Assembly: GCA_002439095.1 (NCBI GenBank)
Contig: DJOT01000021.1
Location: 55,282-119,281, forward strand
Length of the DNA stretch: 64,000 nt
Source: Bacteroidales bacterium UBA6431
Lineage (GTDB): Bacteria; Bacteroidota; Bacteroidia; Bacteroidales; UBA932
Direction: 5' to 3'
The position numbers and the translations under genes are program-made. The notes beneath the pieces are model-generated. The model saw only the letters and a list, made by a program, of their open reading frames with translations. It did no database searches and was not told where the DNA came from. Below are positions 38,300-48,541 of the stretch, one piece after another (position 1 is the stretch's first letter; every line of letters begins with the position of its first letter).

Positions 38300-39469
38300 A
38301 TGAAAAACTTTACGAAACTGCTTTTGCCGGCCATTGCGCTGGCTGCGGTTTCCTGCGATAGCGGAAACCATGACATTTTTGTCCCGTCTTCTCTGTCCGG
38401 TCTTGATCTGTCGGACATGGCCCGGATAATCTCGGAACTGCCGATGGATCTGGAGCATCTTGAAGAAGTCCATGATGCCGTGAGTTCATCTTCCGGCAAT
38501 GGGTATGATGAGGAGTATATGATGTCAGATCTCCTGTCGGTCCCAGGAGCCGGCGTAGGGGATGACAGGAGGGGGACGAAGGCGGCTTCTTATGGCCGGC
38601 CGCTCCGTGACCTGCTCTCGGATTATCTTGCCACGCATGTGACAACCAAATCTGGTGAAGACGATGTCCAGGAGTATCTGGATGGCCTGTCGGCTTCGGA
38701 CATCCAGATTTATTGGCCATATTCCGAGGATTGGGACGGAGAGACTTTCCCGATAGTCACATTTGACCCGGGGATGGGCGCGGAAAGCAATTATGGCTAC
38801 GAACTCCACCGCAACGGAGACAGGCTTGAGGTAGTCGGGAAAGTGATTGTCACAGAGAAGACTGCAAAGGAACGCCCGGTATGGGTGATCAACCGTAATT
38901 CCGACTCGGAATTCACTCCCCTTGAACTTTTCGAATCCGGTTTCGAGGAGTCCGCCTCGGAAGACCCTGTTCCTCTCTTCGGTGATTCGGGGCAGGAAGG
39001 ACGTGTCATGCTGCTCCGTTCATTCAAGGCCCGCAAAAATTTTGACTCATGGTTCGGCGGAGCCTCGGAGTTTTTCATCAAATGCGGGGCGGTGGATGGC
39101 TTCCGCGCGACAACTGACGAGGAACTCAAGTTATATTCTCCGTCTGTGACAGACTTCCTGATTGTCGTGAAGCGGAGCCAGGTCGGGTATTCAATACCTC
39201 TCAATACTGTGCTGCTCACTGATTTCACCCCTCAGATGGAGAAGATAGCTTTCGCGATAATGGAGGATGACGGAGGAGAATCCACATCCTGGAAATGTGA
39301 GGCCGTGGTCAAATACAAATCCCGTTCGTATGGCTTCACCATGGACATCCCGTACCGCGACAAGGATGACATAGTATGGCGGGGGCAACTGTCGTCTGAA
39401 TATCTTTCGTCAAGACGTTTTGTCAGTGACAGATTTGGAGAGACGGAACTTACTTTTGAGCTTCGCTGA
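38300..39469 (+). CDS. Hypothetical lipoprotein
   Basis: Lipobox AVSC; 389 aa; internal TKA/TKS motifs; no family recognised with confidence. Confidence 0.75.
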   Translation: MKNFTKLLLPAIALAAVSCDSGNHDIFVPSSLSGLDLSDMARIISELPMDLEHLEEVHDAVSSSSGNGYDEEYMMSDLLSVPGAGVGDDRRGTKAASYGRPLRDLLSDYLATHVTTKSGEDDVQEYLDGLSASDIQIYWPYSEDWDGETFPIVTFDPGMGAESNYGYELHRNGDRLEVVGKVIVTEKTAKERPVWVINRNSDSEFTPLELFESGFEESASEDPVPLFGDSGQEGRVMLLRSFKARKNFDSWFGGASEFFIKCGAVDGFRATTDEELKLYSPSVTDFLIVVKRSQVGYSIPLNTVLLTDFTPQMEKIAFAIMEDDGGESTSWKCEAVVKYKSRSYGFTMDIPYRDKDDIVWRGQLSSEYLSSRRFVSDRFGETELTFELR

Positions 39470-41195
39470 CGGTCATCTCGCATGCGGCGCAGTCGAATCT
39501 GAGCGCGAAGCGTCTTCCGTTGTTGGTGAGATAGAGCCGTCCGGTTTCTTTTGCCCCCTGATATTTCGGGCACATGCCGAGTTCGTAGCGGATGCAGTAC
39601 CGGCTCCGCATGAGTTCATCTCCTGCGGCGGCGGCCGGAGCGGGGGAGAAGCCTGTCCTTTCGCGGTTTGCCAGAGGTCTCGCTTTGACAGGGATGCCAT
39701 CGAGGTCAGAGGCGGTGAGGCGTCTGATGGAGTTGATGACAGAGGCGCTGAGGAGCGGGACGGGGCCGCATCCGATGTCGATTTTCCCGACACGGAAAGA
39801 ATATGTGCCGCTTCTTTTTGAGAGTTGATCGCGCAGCATGGAGAGAGCCCTCTCCCTGTTGTCTGCGGCTTCCACATCGGCGCTGAATCTTGATTCAAGC
39901 GACCTGCCGTCTTCCGTTGTCGCGTGGATATCAATCACATAGCTCCCGTGGACTTTTATGTCAAGCTGCGCCCTAAGCTCCCTGCGGCATGGCCGCGACT
40001 CGATTTCTTTTTCGAAGCCGGCGCTAAGGTTCCGGTAGAGGGTGTCGCCCTCCTTGAGCCCGCGGATTTCTTTGCAGAGGATATGCTGCCCCTCACATAC
40101 ATCGCCCCGGAAACCGGTGATGCCGTTTTTGGACACAAAGGCGAATCCGTCTCCGTTCCTTAGTTCCAAGCCTTTTGCTCCGGGGGTGATGACGATTTCC
40201 ATTGTCTGGCCGCTCTTCCTGTATATGCGGCCTACCGTCCCGATTTTTTCTCCCATCGATTTCGGTGCGTCCATCGATGACCAGCGGCCTCTTTTTCCGT
40301 CAAGAAAGAGTTGCGTATATCCTCGGTTGAAGGTCTTTGTGCTGTCAGGAGTGAAGCCTCCTTCGACCTTGCCGAACGATGCCCGGCAGTACAAATCCGG
40401 GTGCTTTTCCACCAAAGCATCGAGTGCCAGGCTGTATTCGCGTACGACATTCTTGACATAGGAGGCGTTTTTCAGACGACCTTCGATTTTGAACGAGCAT
40501 ACACCGGCATCGGCCAGATCCTCAAGCCTGTCCTTGAGATTGTAGTCTTTGAGCGAAAGCAGGGCCTTGTTGCGCACGAGCACCTTCCCGTCGGCAGAGG
40601 TCAGGTCATAAAGTGACCGGCAGGCTTGGATGCACTCTCCCCGGTCGGCACTCCTGCCGTCAATCTTTTCGGACAGCCGGCAGATTCCGCTGTAGCATAC
40701 GCATAGGGCGCCATGCACGAAGAACTCCACTTCGCAGTTTACAGCCGCGCAGATCCTGCGGATCTGCTCAAGTGATAGTTCCCTCTCAAGGATGATTCTC
40801 GAGCATCCGGCTTTTTCAAAGAGCATGGCTCTCTCCTCATCCCTTATGGCGCATTGTGTAGAGGCGTGAAGCGGCACTGTAATATCGTCCCATCCGCATA
40901 TTCTCGTGTCTCTGATGATAAAGGCGTCAACTCCCGCGTCCTGCGCGAGGGACATCTGCGAATGTGCCTGCTCCAGCTCTTTATCGGAGATGACCGTGTT
41001 GAAGGTTACGAACACTCTGGCGCCAAAGCGATGTGCATATGCGCATAGCTCGGCTATATCTTCTATGCTGTTGCCCGCGGCTTTCCTCGCGCCGAAGTCC
41101 GGACCACCAATGTATACGGCATCGGCACCGCAGTCAATGGCCGCGATGCCGATTTCTTTGTCCCGTGCGGGTGCGAGGAGTTCAAGACTCCTCAT
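39450..41195 (-). CDS. Peptidase U32 family protein (RlhA-like rRNA hydroxylase) with C-terminal extension
   Basis: LELLAPA, GADAVYIGG, LHASTQ, FVHGALCVCYSGIC, RGECIQACR, FKIEGRLK. Confidence 0.9.
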   Translation of the reverse strand: MRSLELLAPARDKEIGIAAIDCGADAVYIGGPDFGARKAAGNSIEDIAELCAYAHRFGARVFVTFNTVISDKELEQAHSQMSLAQDAGVDAFIIRDTRICGWDDITVPLHASTQCAIRDEERAMLFEKAGCSRIILERELSLEQIRRICAAVNCEVEFFVHGALCVCYSGICRLSEKIDGRSADRGECIQACRSLYDLTSADGKVLVRNKALLSLKDYNLKDRLEDLADAGVCSFKIEGRLKNASYVKNVVREYSLALDALVEKHPDLYCRASFGKVEGGFTPDSTKTFNRGYTQLFLDGKRGRWSSMDAPKSMGEKIGTVGRIYRKSGQTMEIVITPGAKGLELRNGDGFAFVSKNGITGFRGDVCEGQHILCKEIRGLKEGDTLYRNLSAGFEKEIESRPCRRELRAQLDIKVHGSYVIDIHATTEDGRSLESRFSADVEAADNRERALSMLRDQLSKRSGTYSFRVGKIDIGCGPVPLLSASVINSIRRLTASDLDGIPVKARPLANRERTGFSPAPAAAAGDELMRSRYCIRYELGMCPKYQGAKETGRLYLTNNGRRFALRFDCAACEMTVSEAQK

Positions 41196-41197
41196 TG

Positions 41198-42130
41198 CTA
41201 TTTAAGTGCGTCAAGCATCTTCTTGGCCTCGGCCCCATATTGAGGGTCGCTGACAGCCTTGGCGTAGAACTCTTTTGCCTTGGCGTTGTTCTTGGCTCCC
41301 TGGTAGAGGGTGCCTACGATATAGGCTATCTGAGTGGCGTTCTTTGCGTTAGGTGAGAGTTCAAGATACTTCTCGAAGTACTTGATGGCATCGTTGTTCT
41401 TGCCTGCAAGCTGGGAAGCCTGCCCCGCGATCTGGAATGCCTGCGGACTCTCGACATACTCGCTGCTCTTGACGGCTGCCGTGACTGCATCGGCATATTT
41501 CTTCGCTTTCAGGGCTGCGGCGGCCTCTTTGAGGGAGATGTTCCCGAGCTGCTTGTTGGCTGCCTTTTCCTGACCATTGGCTGCTGCCTGCTCAAGTGCG
41601 GCCTTTGCTTCGTCAGCCTTGCCTGCAGCATTGAGCGCCATGCCCAAACGGAGGGCTGCGGTGCCGTTTGTCGGGTCGGCATCGACAACTTCCTTATAGG
41701 CTGCTGCCGCCTCGGCATATTTCTTGGCGTTGAGGAGGGCTCCGCCCTTCTGCATGATTATCTGAGGGATAAGGGTCTTGGCCTGCTCTTCTACGCCGGC
41801 GTCAGCATATTTCTGAGCCACTTCGATGGCGGTCTTCAAGCCGGCCACAGCCCCGTCATAGTCGGAAGACTTCGCCAAATCCTTAGCGATGGACAGATAA
41901 AGGTCCGGGATGACGGCTTTGCAGTTGTCAGCAACTTCCTTTCCCTCATCGCCAAGGGCGGTCGCCTGCTCGAAAGCCTGCTCGAAAGCCTTCAGGGCCG
42001 TGGGCTTGTCTCCTGAAGAGAGGGCCTCTGCCCCGGTGTTGTACAATTCGGTGATCTGCGCAAGATCCTGCGCGCTCATTGAACCGAGCGCCAGGGCCGC
42101 TAAAACGATGGATGCGAAAATCTTTTTCAT
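41198..42130 (-). CDS. Exported tetratricopeptide-repeat protein
   Basis: Signal peptide; repeated TPR-like helices (AIKYFEKYLELSPN). Confidence 0.85.
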   Translation of the reverse strand: MKKIFASIVLAALALGSMSAQDLAQITELYNTGAEALSSGDKPTALKAFEQAFEQATALGDEGKEVADNCKAVIPDLYLSIAKDLAKSSDYDGAVAGLKTAIEVAQKYADAGVEEQAKTLIPQIIMQKGGALLNAKKYAEAAAAYKEVVDADPTNGTAALRLGMALNAAGKADEAKAALEQAAANGQEKAANKQLGNISLKEAAAALKAKKYADAVTAAVKSSEYVESPQAFQIAGQASQLAGKNNDAIKYFEKYLELSPNAKNATQIAYIVGTLYQGAKNNAKAKEFYAKAVSDPQYGAEAKKMLDALK

Positions 42131-42212
42131 AATCGTATTGTGATTTTAATTGTTTTCCAACAGCACAAATATAATAAAAATGTCCTATTTTTGTAAAGAT
42201 AAGCTTATTATT

Positions 42213-44792
42213 ATGAGGAGGCATTTTTTGAAAATCTGCCTGGTTCTGCTCATGCTTTCCACAATGATGCACGGACAGGCACTTTCGTCCCTTGGTGTGC
42301 CGAAAGAGATAACGGTCGGGAGACTTCCCGACGGGATCGACTTTTATCTGGTATCCAATTCTGCCAGAAAGGGATTTGCTGATTTCGCCCTTGTCAGGAA
42401 GTCGGCATACAAAGAGAGCCGGGACCGTGGAGCTCTTGATTCTCTTCCGCATTTCGGCTCCCGCCGGCCATACCTCTTCCTCTCGGACAACGGTGCCGGA
42501 TACGCGGAGTCGGGATATATTTCTTCCCGCCAGGATGCCACTTTGTTCTCTTTCCCCGATGTGCCGGTCTACAACCAGAGTGTCGCCGACTCTACGATCC
42601 TCATGATGATGGACATCGCCGCGAGGTCACGGGCGCCTCAAGCCATAATGGTCAGCGGAGACATAAAGCCTGACAAAATCAAGGAGAGGCTCAATCTGCT
42701 TTCCATGACCGTGCCGAGGCTTCGCCGTGACGATGGCCGGAGCTCTTATGTATGGAATCCACGCGATTCTCTGCTCCTCCTGACAAGCATCAACAACACA
42801 TCCGATGTGGCTTCGATCCATGCGGTCTACAGTGCCGCCCGCCTGCCGCGCGAGAGGATGAATACTTTGCAGCCTCTGGTAGGCAGGGCGTATGCGGATA
42901 TACTCGGAAACATAGTGAGCCGCCGTCTTGAGAAAGATTTCCGCAGCCACGGCATTCCTTTGGCTGATGTTGACTTCCGGTATGTGGACAGCGCGAGCGG
43001 ATCCGGGGATGAGCACTACATGTTTTCGGTCTATACTTCCGCTTCCAGCCTTGATGCCGCGGTGGAGCGTTTTTCGTCAGTGCTTTCCTCCATCGACAGG
43101 CATGGCGCAGGCCAGGCCGAGTATCAGGACGCCAAGTCTCGTCTGATATCGGAGTCCAAGAGAGAAGAGGGAGGCAGAGTCACAGGTAACAGCGAGTACA
43201 TTGCCAGATGCACGTCTGCATATCTATATGGTGCCGGCCTTGAGCGTCCGGCCGCCGCCGGGAGCGTGCTGGCTTCGCGCAGCCTGCCCGCGGAACTTGA
43301 TCTTGAACTTTTCAATACCTTTGCCGGGGCGCTTCTTGATTCGGCAAGCAATCTGGCTCTCCGTTTCGACACTCCGGACAACGGCGCGGACAAGGACATG
43401 CTGCGCGGCTGCTTTGATGCCGCGTGGGCCGATTGTGATTCCGGGCAGGTCGCCTATAAGGAGGATTTCGGGGATACGCTGAGCCTGTTTGTCCCGCGCG
43501 GCAAGGTCAAACTGCGCAATGACACTGCAGAACCGGTGTCGGGAGGGCGCATGTGGACATTCTCCAACGGGGTCAAGGTCCTTTATAAAAAAACAGATAT
43601 AAAAGGAGAGTTCCAATATACTCTGATGCTGCGTGGGGGAGTGGCTTCTGTGCCTGGGCTGAAGAGCGGTGAAGCGGCGTTCGTCGGTGATATGCTCGGT
43701 CTCAGCGGGGTTGCCGGCCTCAGCGGTCCGGATTTCCGTGCCATGCTTGAGGCAAACGGGATCACCATGAATACCAGGGCGGGGATTTCGGATCTGCGGA
43801 TAGGCGGCATTGCGCCAAAGTCAAAGCTTAAACTGCTTCTGCGCTCACTTCTGTCGGTGGCTGACAAACGCGTCCCGGACCAGTCGGAGTTTGAGTATTA
43901 CAAGGCGGGGGAGAAACTGCGGATTGATATGGGCTCCCTTTCTCCGCGTGATGTCAATTCGTTGATGGACAGTATCATGCGCCCCGGTTACTACTATACT
44001 GAACGTAAATATATCTCCAATCTTGGCGATGATCTTCCGGAGCGTGCCGAGCAGTATTTCGAGACGCTTTTCTCCAAGGTCAACGATGGACTTCTGGTAT
44101 TGACCGGCGATCTTGATGAGGAGCTTCTGAAAAAGGAGTTGTGCCTTTCTCTTGGCGGATTCAGAACGCAAAAGCAGTTTGCCCGGCGTCCGCACATTTC
44201 AAGCAATCTGGCGTCAGGTTCTGTCACATACATAGTCGAATCCGGCGCGGGGCTTGTCGGTGGCGGAGAGATTGGTGTCAATGTGGGCATGTCTGCGGCG
44301 ATTCCATATAATATAGACAACTACATGTCATTCAAGATGGCCGAGGCTGTCCTGCACAAGGAAATCACCAGGGCGTTGGCTCCGTTCGGGGCTTATCTGG
44401 AGATCAGCGAGCGTCTGGAGGTGTTTCCTACGGAGAGGTTGTCCCTGTATATAAACTGCCGTCCGTGCCGCAGCTCCGGATTGCCGCTTTCTTTGGAGGC
44501 CGCAGACCCGCTGCAGATACTCGAAGCCATAAGGCCGGTCATTGCATCGATTTCGGATGTCGAGATCTCCCCGGATGAGCTGAAAGCCTATAAGGAGGTG
44601 ATACTCAATTCGTACAAGGCTGATCTTCAGAATATGGAGATGCTTGTGGACAAGGTTCTGGTCCGCTATAGCGAGGGTAAAGACCTTGTCAGCGGATACA
44701 ATGCCGCCGTCGGCGGCGTGAGCGAGGAGAGCGTCAAAAAGATTCTCGGCATGCTCCGTGATGGTGCGGAGGTGGAATATGTTATAATCTGA
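42213..44792 (+). CDS. Insulinase (M16, PqqL-like) family protein, apparently lacking the catalytic motif
   Basis: ITVGRLPDGIDFYL and WTFSNGVKVLYKKTD...LRGG typical of two-lobed PqqL-type M16; no HxxEH. Confidence 0.7.
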   Translation: MRRHFLKICLVLLMLSTMMHGQALSSLGVPKEITVGRLPDGIDFYLVSNSARKGFADFALVRKSAYKESRDRGALDSLPHFGSRRPYLFLSDNGAGYAESGYISSRQDATLFSFPDVPVYNQSVADSTILMMMDIAARSRAPQAIMVSGDIKPDKIKERLNLLSMTVPRLRRDDGRSSYVWNPRDSLLLLTSINNTSDVASIHAVYSAARLPRERMNTLQPLVGRAYADILGNIVSRRLEKDFRSHGIPLADVDFRYVDSASGSGDEHYMFSVYTSASSLDAAVERFSSVLSSIDRHGAGQAEYQDAKSRLISESKREEGGRVTGNSEYIARCTSAYLYGAGLERPAAAGSVLASRSLPAELDLELFNTFAGALLDSASNLALRFDTPDNGADKDMLRGCFDAAWADCDSGQVAYKEDFGDTLSLFVPRGKVKLRNDTAEPVSGGRMWTFSNGVKVLYKKTDIKGEFQYTLMLRGGVASVPGLKSGEAAFVGDMLGLSGVAGLSGPDFRAMLEANGITMNTRAGISDLRIGGIAPKSKLKLLLRSLLSVADKRVPDQSEFEYYKAGEKLRIDMGSLSPRDVNSLMDSIMRPGYYYTERKYISNLGDDLPERAEQYFETLFSKVNDGLLVLTGDLDEELLKKELCLSLGGFRTQKQFARRPHISSNLASGSVTYIVESGAGLVGGGEIGVNVGMSAAIPYNIDNYMSFKMAEAVLHKEITRALAPFGAYLEISERLEVFPTERLSLYINCRPCRSSGLPLSLEAADPLQILEAIRPVIASISDVEISPDELKAYKEVILNSYKADLQNMEMLVDKVLVRYSEGKDLVSGYNAAVGGVSEESVKKILGMLRDGAEVEYVII

Positions 44793-45373
44793 TGGGAAAA
44801 AGAAGGTTCGGGACGATAGTCCAGATTGGGGACATCCTTGTGTCGGAGGATGTTGTGACGGAATATTTTGCCTGCGACTATGGCAAGTGCCGCGGGGCGT
44901 GCTGCATAATAGGAGATAGCGGCGCCCCAATGGAAGAGGACGAGCCGGATCTGGTGGAGCGCGAGTATCCGGAGTTCAAGGATCTTATGAGCCCGGGAGG
45001 CAGAGCCGCTGTCGATGAGAAGGGATTTTTCGAGATAGACAGGGACGGGGATATCGTCACACCTCTTGTGGGCGGTTCTTGCGAATGCGCCTACTGCCAT
45101 TTCGGCCCGGGAGGTGAATGCCTTTGCGCCATTGAGATGCGGGGGCTCAAGAAGCCTGTGTCATGCTCCCTTTATCCGATCCGGGTCACCCGTCTGACCG
45201 GCGGAGGGCTTGCTCTCAATCTGCACCGTTGGGAGATATGTTCAGATGCTTTCAGAAAGGGGCGCGAAGAGCATATAAGAGTCTACGAATTTCTTCGCAG
45301 GCCTTTGTCTGAGCGTTTCGGGGAGGAGTTTTACGAGGCTCTTGCCTCCGCTGCTAAGCATCTTCACGGTTAG
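44792..45373 (+). CDS. DUF3109 family Cys-rich protein
   Basis: FACDYGKCRGACCIIGDSGAP, KPVSCSLYPIR. Confidence 0.88.
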   Translation: MGKRRFGTIVQIGDILVSEDVVTEYFACDYGKCRGACCIIGDSGAPMEEDEPDLVEREYPEFKDLMSPGGRAAVDEKGFFEIDRDGDIVTPLVGGSCECAYCHFGPGGECLCAIEMRGLKKPVSCSLYPIRVTRLTGGGLALNLHRWEICSDAFRKGREEHIRVYEFLRRPLSERFGEEFYEALASAAKHLHG

Positions 45374-45818
45374 CGGCTTCCACGCCAGCGGCTATCCTCA
45401 CCGTGTCTTTTGTCAGGCCTTCCAGTTCCAATCCGGCGGCGATATGCCTTACCGTCACCCTGTCTTCATACATTTTGACAAGTCTTGCGAAAGGCGCCCT
45501 CTTTATGTAGCAGACATCGTCTCCGTCCTGTTTCTCGAATTTGTATCCGAGCCGCTCCATCACTTCTCTGAGGGCGGCGTCCGTTTCTTCCGGAGTCCCA
45601 TAGAAATGGGCGGTGCGGGTGGAGAATCCGAAACGCGGATATATTGCCGCGAATACTGCCATCATGAGAGCTATTTGCCAAAGGGAGTCATATCCGTTGA
45701 CGAATATTTTCGAGAGGTCACCCTCCACGAAGCCGGCCAATACAAGGACAACTATGATCAGTGACAAGATGACAATGAGGTACACGAAGTACTTTATGGA
45801 GCGTACAATATATTTCAT
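45354..45818 (-). CDS. Hypothetical membrane protein
   Basis: Two N-terminal TM segments; TACTTTTG promoter-like box just upstream on -. Confidence 0.7.
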   Translation of the reverse strand: MKYIVRSIKYFVYLIVILSLIIVVLVLAGFVEGDLSKIFVNGYDSLWQIALMMAVFAAIYPRFGFSTRTAHFYGTPEETDAALREVMERLGYKFEKQDGDDVCYIKRAPFARLVKMYEDRVTVRHIAAGLELEGLTKDTVRIAAGVEAANREDA

Positions 45819-45879
45819 GGGAGCAAAAGTAGCATAATATTTGTTATTTTTGCCGGATGTAATTTAAAAATGACAGATT

Positions 45880-46794
45880 ATGGAAAGAGAAGATCCACTT
45901 GAGAGACTTGAACGAAAGGAAAACGAGAAGAAGGCTAATGGTGGTCTCAAGACCGTGATGATCGCAATGATCGCTGTAGCCGTCGTGCTCGCTGTCGCTC
46001 TTGTCTATGTTTTGACTTCAAAGAACAAGCTGGTCGGCCAGCTTAACGATGAGAAAAGGGACCTCACTGAGCAGATCCAGATGCTCCAGAACGACTACGA
46101 GAGCCTTTCCTCTGATTATGATACCATTAACGCCCAGCTGGATTCGTCCCGGGAGGAGATAGCCCAGCTCGTTGAGAGGGTCAAGAAGACCGAGGCCACG
46201 AACCGCGTGAAGATCCGCCAGTACCAGAAGGAACTCGGGACACTCCGCTCAATCATGAAGAGCTACATCGTGCAGATAGACTCTCTCAACACCCTCAACC
46301 ACAAGCTCACAGCTGAAGCCGCCAGTGCCCGCAAGGAGGCTGCCGCCAGCAAGAAGCTCAATGCCGAGCTGTCCCAGCAGGTCGAGGATCTTACCGGGCG
46401 TGTGACGGCCGGTGCAGTGCTCAAGGCAAGGGGAGTGAAGCTTGAAGCCTACAACGGCAATGATAAACTCACCGACCGCAGCGGCAAGGTTGCAAGACTC
46501 CTTGTCACCCTCAGCCTTCTGGAGAACGAGCTTACCCCTAAGGGTCCGGTCCGCGTATATGTAAGAGTGACGGATCCTGACGGCAACCTTCTCACAGACG
46601 GCAGGGGCACTACATTCACCATCGGAGAAGAGACTCTTCAGGCCACAGCTTCCAGAGAGGTGGACTATCAGGGCGCAGAAGTCGAGATGGGCATCTATGT
46701 CAACAACATCCCGTCTTTCCACAAGGGCGTCTACACAGTACAGGCCTACACCAATCAGGGGCAGGTCGGCTCTGCGGAGCTCCTGCTCAGGTAG
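45880..46794 (+). CDS. Membrane-anchored coiled-coil hypothetical protein
   Basis: TM helix, long heptad region, beta-rich C-terminal domain; strong host codon bias. Confidence 0.8.
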   Translation: MEREDPLERLERKENEKKANGGLKTVMIAMIAVAVVLAVALVYVLTSKNKLVGQLNDEKRDLTEQIQMLQNDYESLSSDYDTINAQLDSSREEIAQLVERVKKTEATNRVKIRQYQKELGTLRSIMKSYIVQIDSLNTLNHKLTAEAASARKEAAASKKLNAELSQQVEDLTGRVTAGAVLKARGVKLEAYNGNDKLTDRSGKVARLLVTLSLLENELTPKGPVRVYVRVTDPDGNLLTDGRGTTFTIGEETLQATASREVDYQGAEVEMGIYVNNIPSFHKGVYTVQAYTNQGQVGSAELLLR

Positions 46795-46797
46795 CGG

Positions 46798-47883
46798 ATG
46801 GTCTATATCCATGTCCCGTTCTGCCGCAGTTTCTGCATATACTGCGATTTCTATTCTGAGACCGCTTGCGGAGCGGCGGGGGAGGCGCGGATTGAGAGTT
46901 ATTCATCGGAGCTTTGCGCCGAGATAGGACGCAGACGTCAGGAGATTAAAGATACTCTCGGACTCAATACGTTATATATAGGAGGCGGCACCCCGTCGGT
47001 GCTGCCTCTTACTGTGCTTGAACGCATTGTCGCGGAACTTGGTCTCGGATCTTTTGGTGAATTTACGCTTGAAGTCAATCCGGAGGACATCGTGGAAAAG
47101 GGTGCCGGATATGTGAGGGCGTTGCTTGATCTTGGTGTCAACAGGGTCAGCATGGGTGTGCAGTCGCTTGATGACGGGATCCTGCGCTGGATGCGCCGCC
47201 GCCACGATGCATCCGGTGCCCGCAGGGCTTTCGATATTCTCCGTGAATCCGGGGTGGATAACATCAGCGTGGATCTTATTTTCGGTTTCCCGGCCTTGTC
47301 GGGAGATATACTTGACTCGACCCTTGACGAGATCACGCTCTGGCATCCGGAGCATGTGTCGGCCTATCAGCTCAGTATCGAAGAGGGAAGTGCGCTTGGC
47401 GTTCTTGCGGGAAAGGGCGAGTTTGAGGAGGGTTCTGAAGTCTTGTGCGCATCGCAGTATTCTATGATCTGCGATAGACTGTCCGCTGCCGGATATGAGC
47501 ATTATGAGATTTCCAACTGGGCCTTGCCCGGGCGTAGGGCGTTGCATAACTCAGCATACTGGACCCGTCGGCCTTATGTCGGCTTGGGACCTGGCGCCCA
47601 TTCTTTCGATGGGCGGACCCGTCGTGCCAACAGCCAGACTCTTCCAGTGTGGACTGCTTCGACGGAGGTCTTGTCGCCCCGGGAGGAGATGGAGGAGCGG
47701 ATAATGCTCGGACTGCGAACTTCAGACGGGATTCGGGAGTCTCTATGTGTCCCTGAAGTTGTCTCGCGGCTTGTCGGCGAAGGGGCTCTGGTACGGATTC
47801 CCGGAGATTCGGCAGCTGCCCGTATCCGGATACCGGAGGACAGATTCTTCGTCTCGGACAGCATAATCGAGGAGCTTATCTGA
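46798..47883 (+). CDS. hemW: Radical SAM heme chaperone HemW (HemN-like)
   Basis: YIHVPFCRSFCIYCDF, YIGGGTPS, HYEISNWA, HNSAYW. Confidence 0.88.
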   Translation: MVYIHVPFCRSFCIYCDFYSETACGAAGEARIESYSSELCAEIGRRRQEIKDTLGLNTLYIGGGTPSVLPLTVLERIVAELGLGSFGEFTLEVNPEDIVEKGAGYVRALLDLGVNRVSMGVQSLDDGILRWMRRRHDASGARRAFDILRESGVDNISVDLIFGFPALSGDILDSTLDEITLWHPEHVSAYQLSIEEGSALGVLAGKGEFEEGSEVLCASQYSMICDRLSAAGYEHYEISNWALPGRRALHNSAYWTRRPYVGLGPGAHSFDGRTRRANSQTLPVWTASTEVLSPREEMEERIMLGLRTSDGIRESLCVPEVVSRLVGEGALVRIPGDSAAARIRIPEDRFFVSDSIIEELI

Positions 47884-48045
47884 CCTGAAATCGGCAGCAA
47901 TGTGGTTTCAGCCTCAGCTGCCGCGCATCATTCTGCCCAATGCGCACGCGATGAACGTGCGGTCATGCTGTGCGTCTCGTGCCATGATCTGCCCAATGGT
48001 CGCCGTATCCGGCTGAGAACATGCGATTATGTACGCGCCCAATGC

Positions 48046-48293
48046 AGGTAGGAGCAGATTTGGCCGGATTCGCTCCCACCTGAACGCCCCACCTGCTCCA
48101 CACGGTGCTTTGCGGCATCCTCCCGTTTCAGGTGTGAGCGAAATTACAAGAATCGGCTCCCATCTGGGAAAAGCTGCATGGCGGGGACTGTGATGATGAG
48201 CCCCTACCTTCGCCGGAGAGGTGCTGCTGAGTGCAGTGTGTGGGTGGTATCACCAAAAGGTAGGGGTAAAAATGGCCATGAATACCCCTACCT
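48046..48293. repeat. Double-palindrome interspersed repeats (REP/BIME-like)
   Basis: AGGT(A/G)(G/T)G(A/G)G-N18-inverted arm units at 48046, 48130 and 48258, extra arm at 48201. Confidence 0.7.
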
Positions 48294-48352
48294 GCGGCAT
48301 GAGTTTCTGGCAGGTGTCTACGACAGGGAGTTTCCTGTGAATCAACTCGCCG

Positions 48353-48541
48353 TCACCCCCTTGTAGCGCGCCGCCGCCTGTCTTTGCGGTGACAAAGGTC
48401 AGCCGCAGCGCAGCCGTTGCAACCACTGCACCGCGAACTGCCGCAGCATCCGCCCCCACGCCCCTTTCCCCTGAAGGTCCGGAGCGCGAGGAGGAGTGCC
48501 GCGAGCACCAATACAAGTATGATTATAGAAGCGATGTTCAT
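48353..48541 (-). CDS. FeoB-associated Cys-rich membrane protein
   Basis: MNIASIIILVLVLAALLLAL then GGGCCGSSRCSGCNGC; ATGA overlap with feoB stop. Confidence 0.85.
   Translation of the reverse strand: MNIASIIILVLVLAALLLALRTFRGKGRGGGCCGSSRCSGCNGCAAADLCHRKDRRRRATRG

Noticed and set aside
47932..48044. Short repeat GCCCAATG three times after hemW
   Set aside because: Too short and irregularly spaced to support a feature; may be debris of the adjacent repeat cluster
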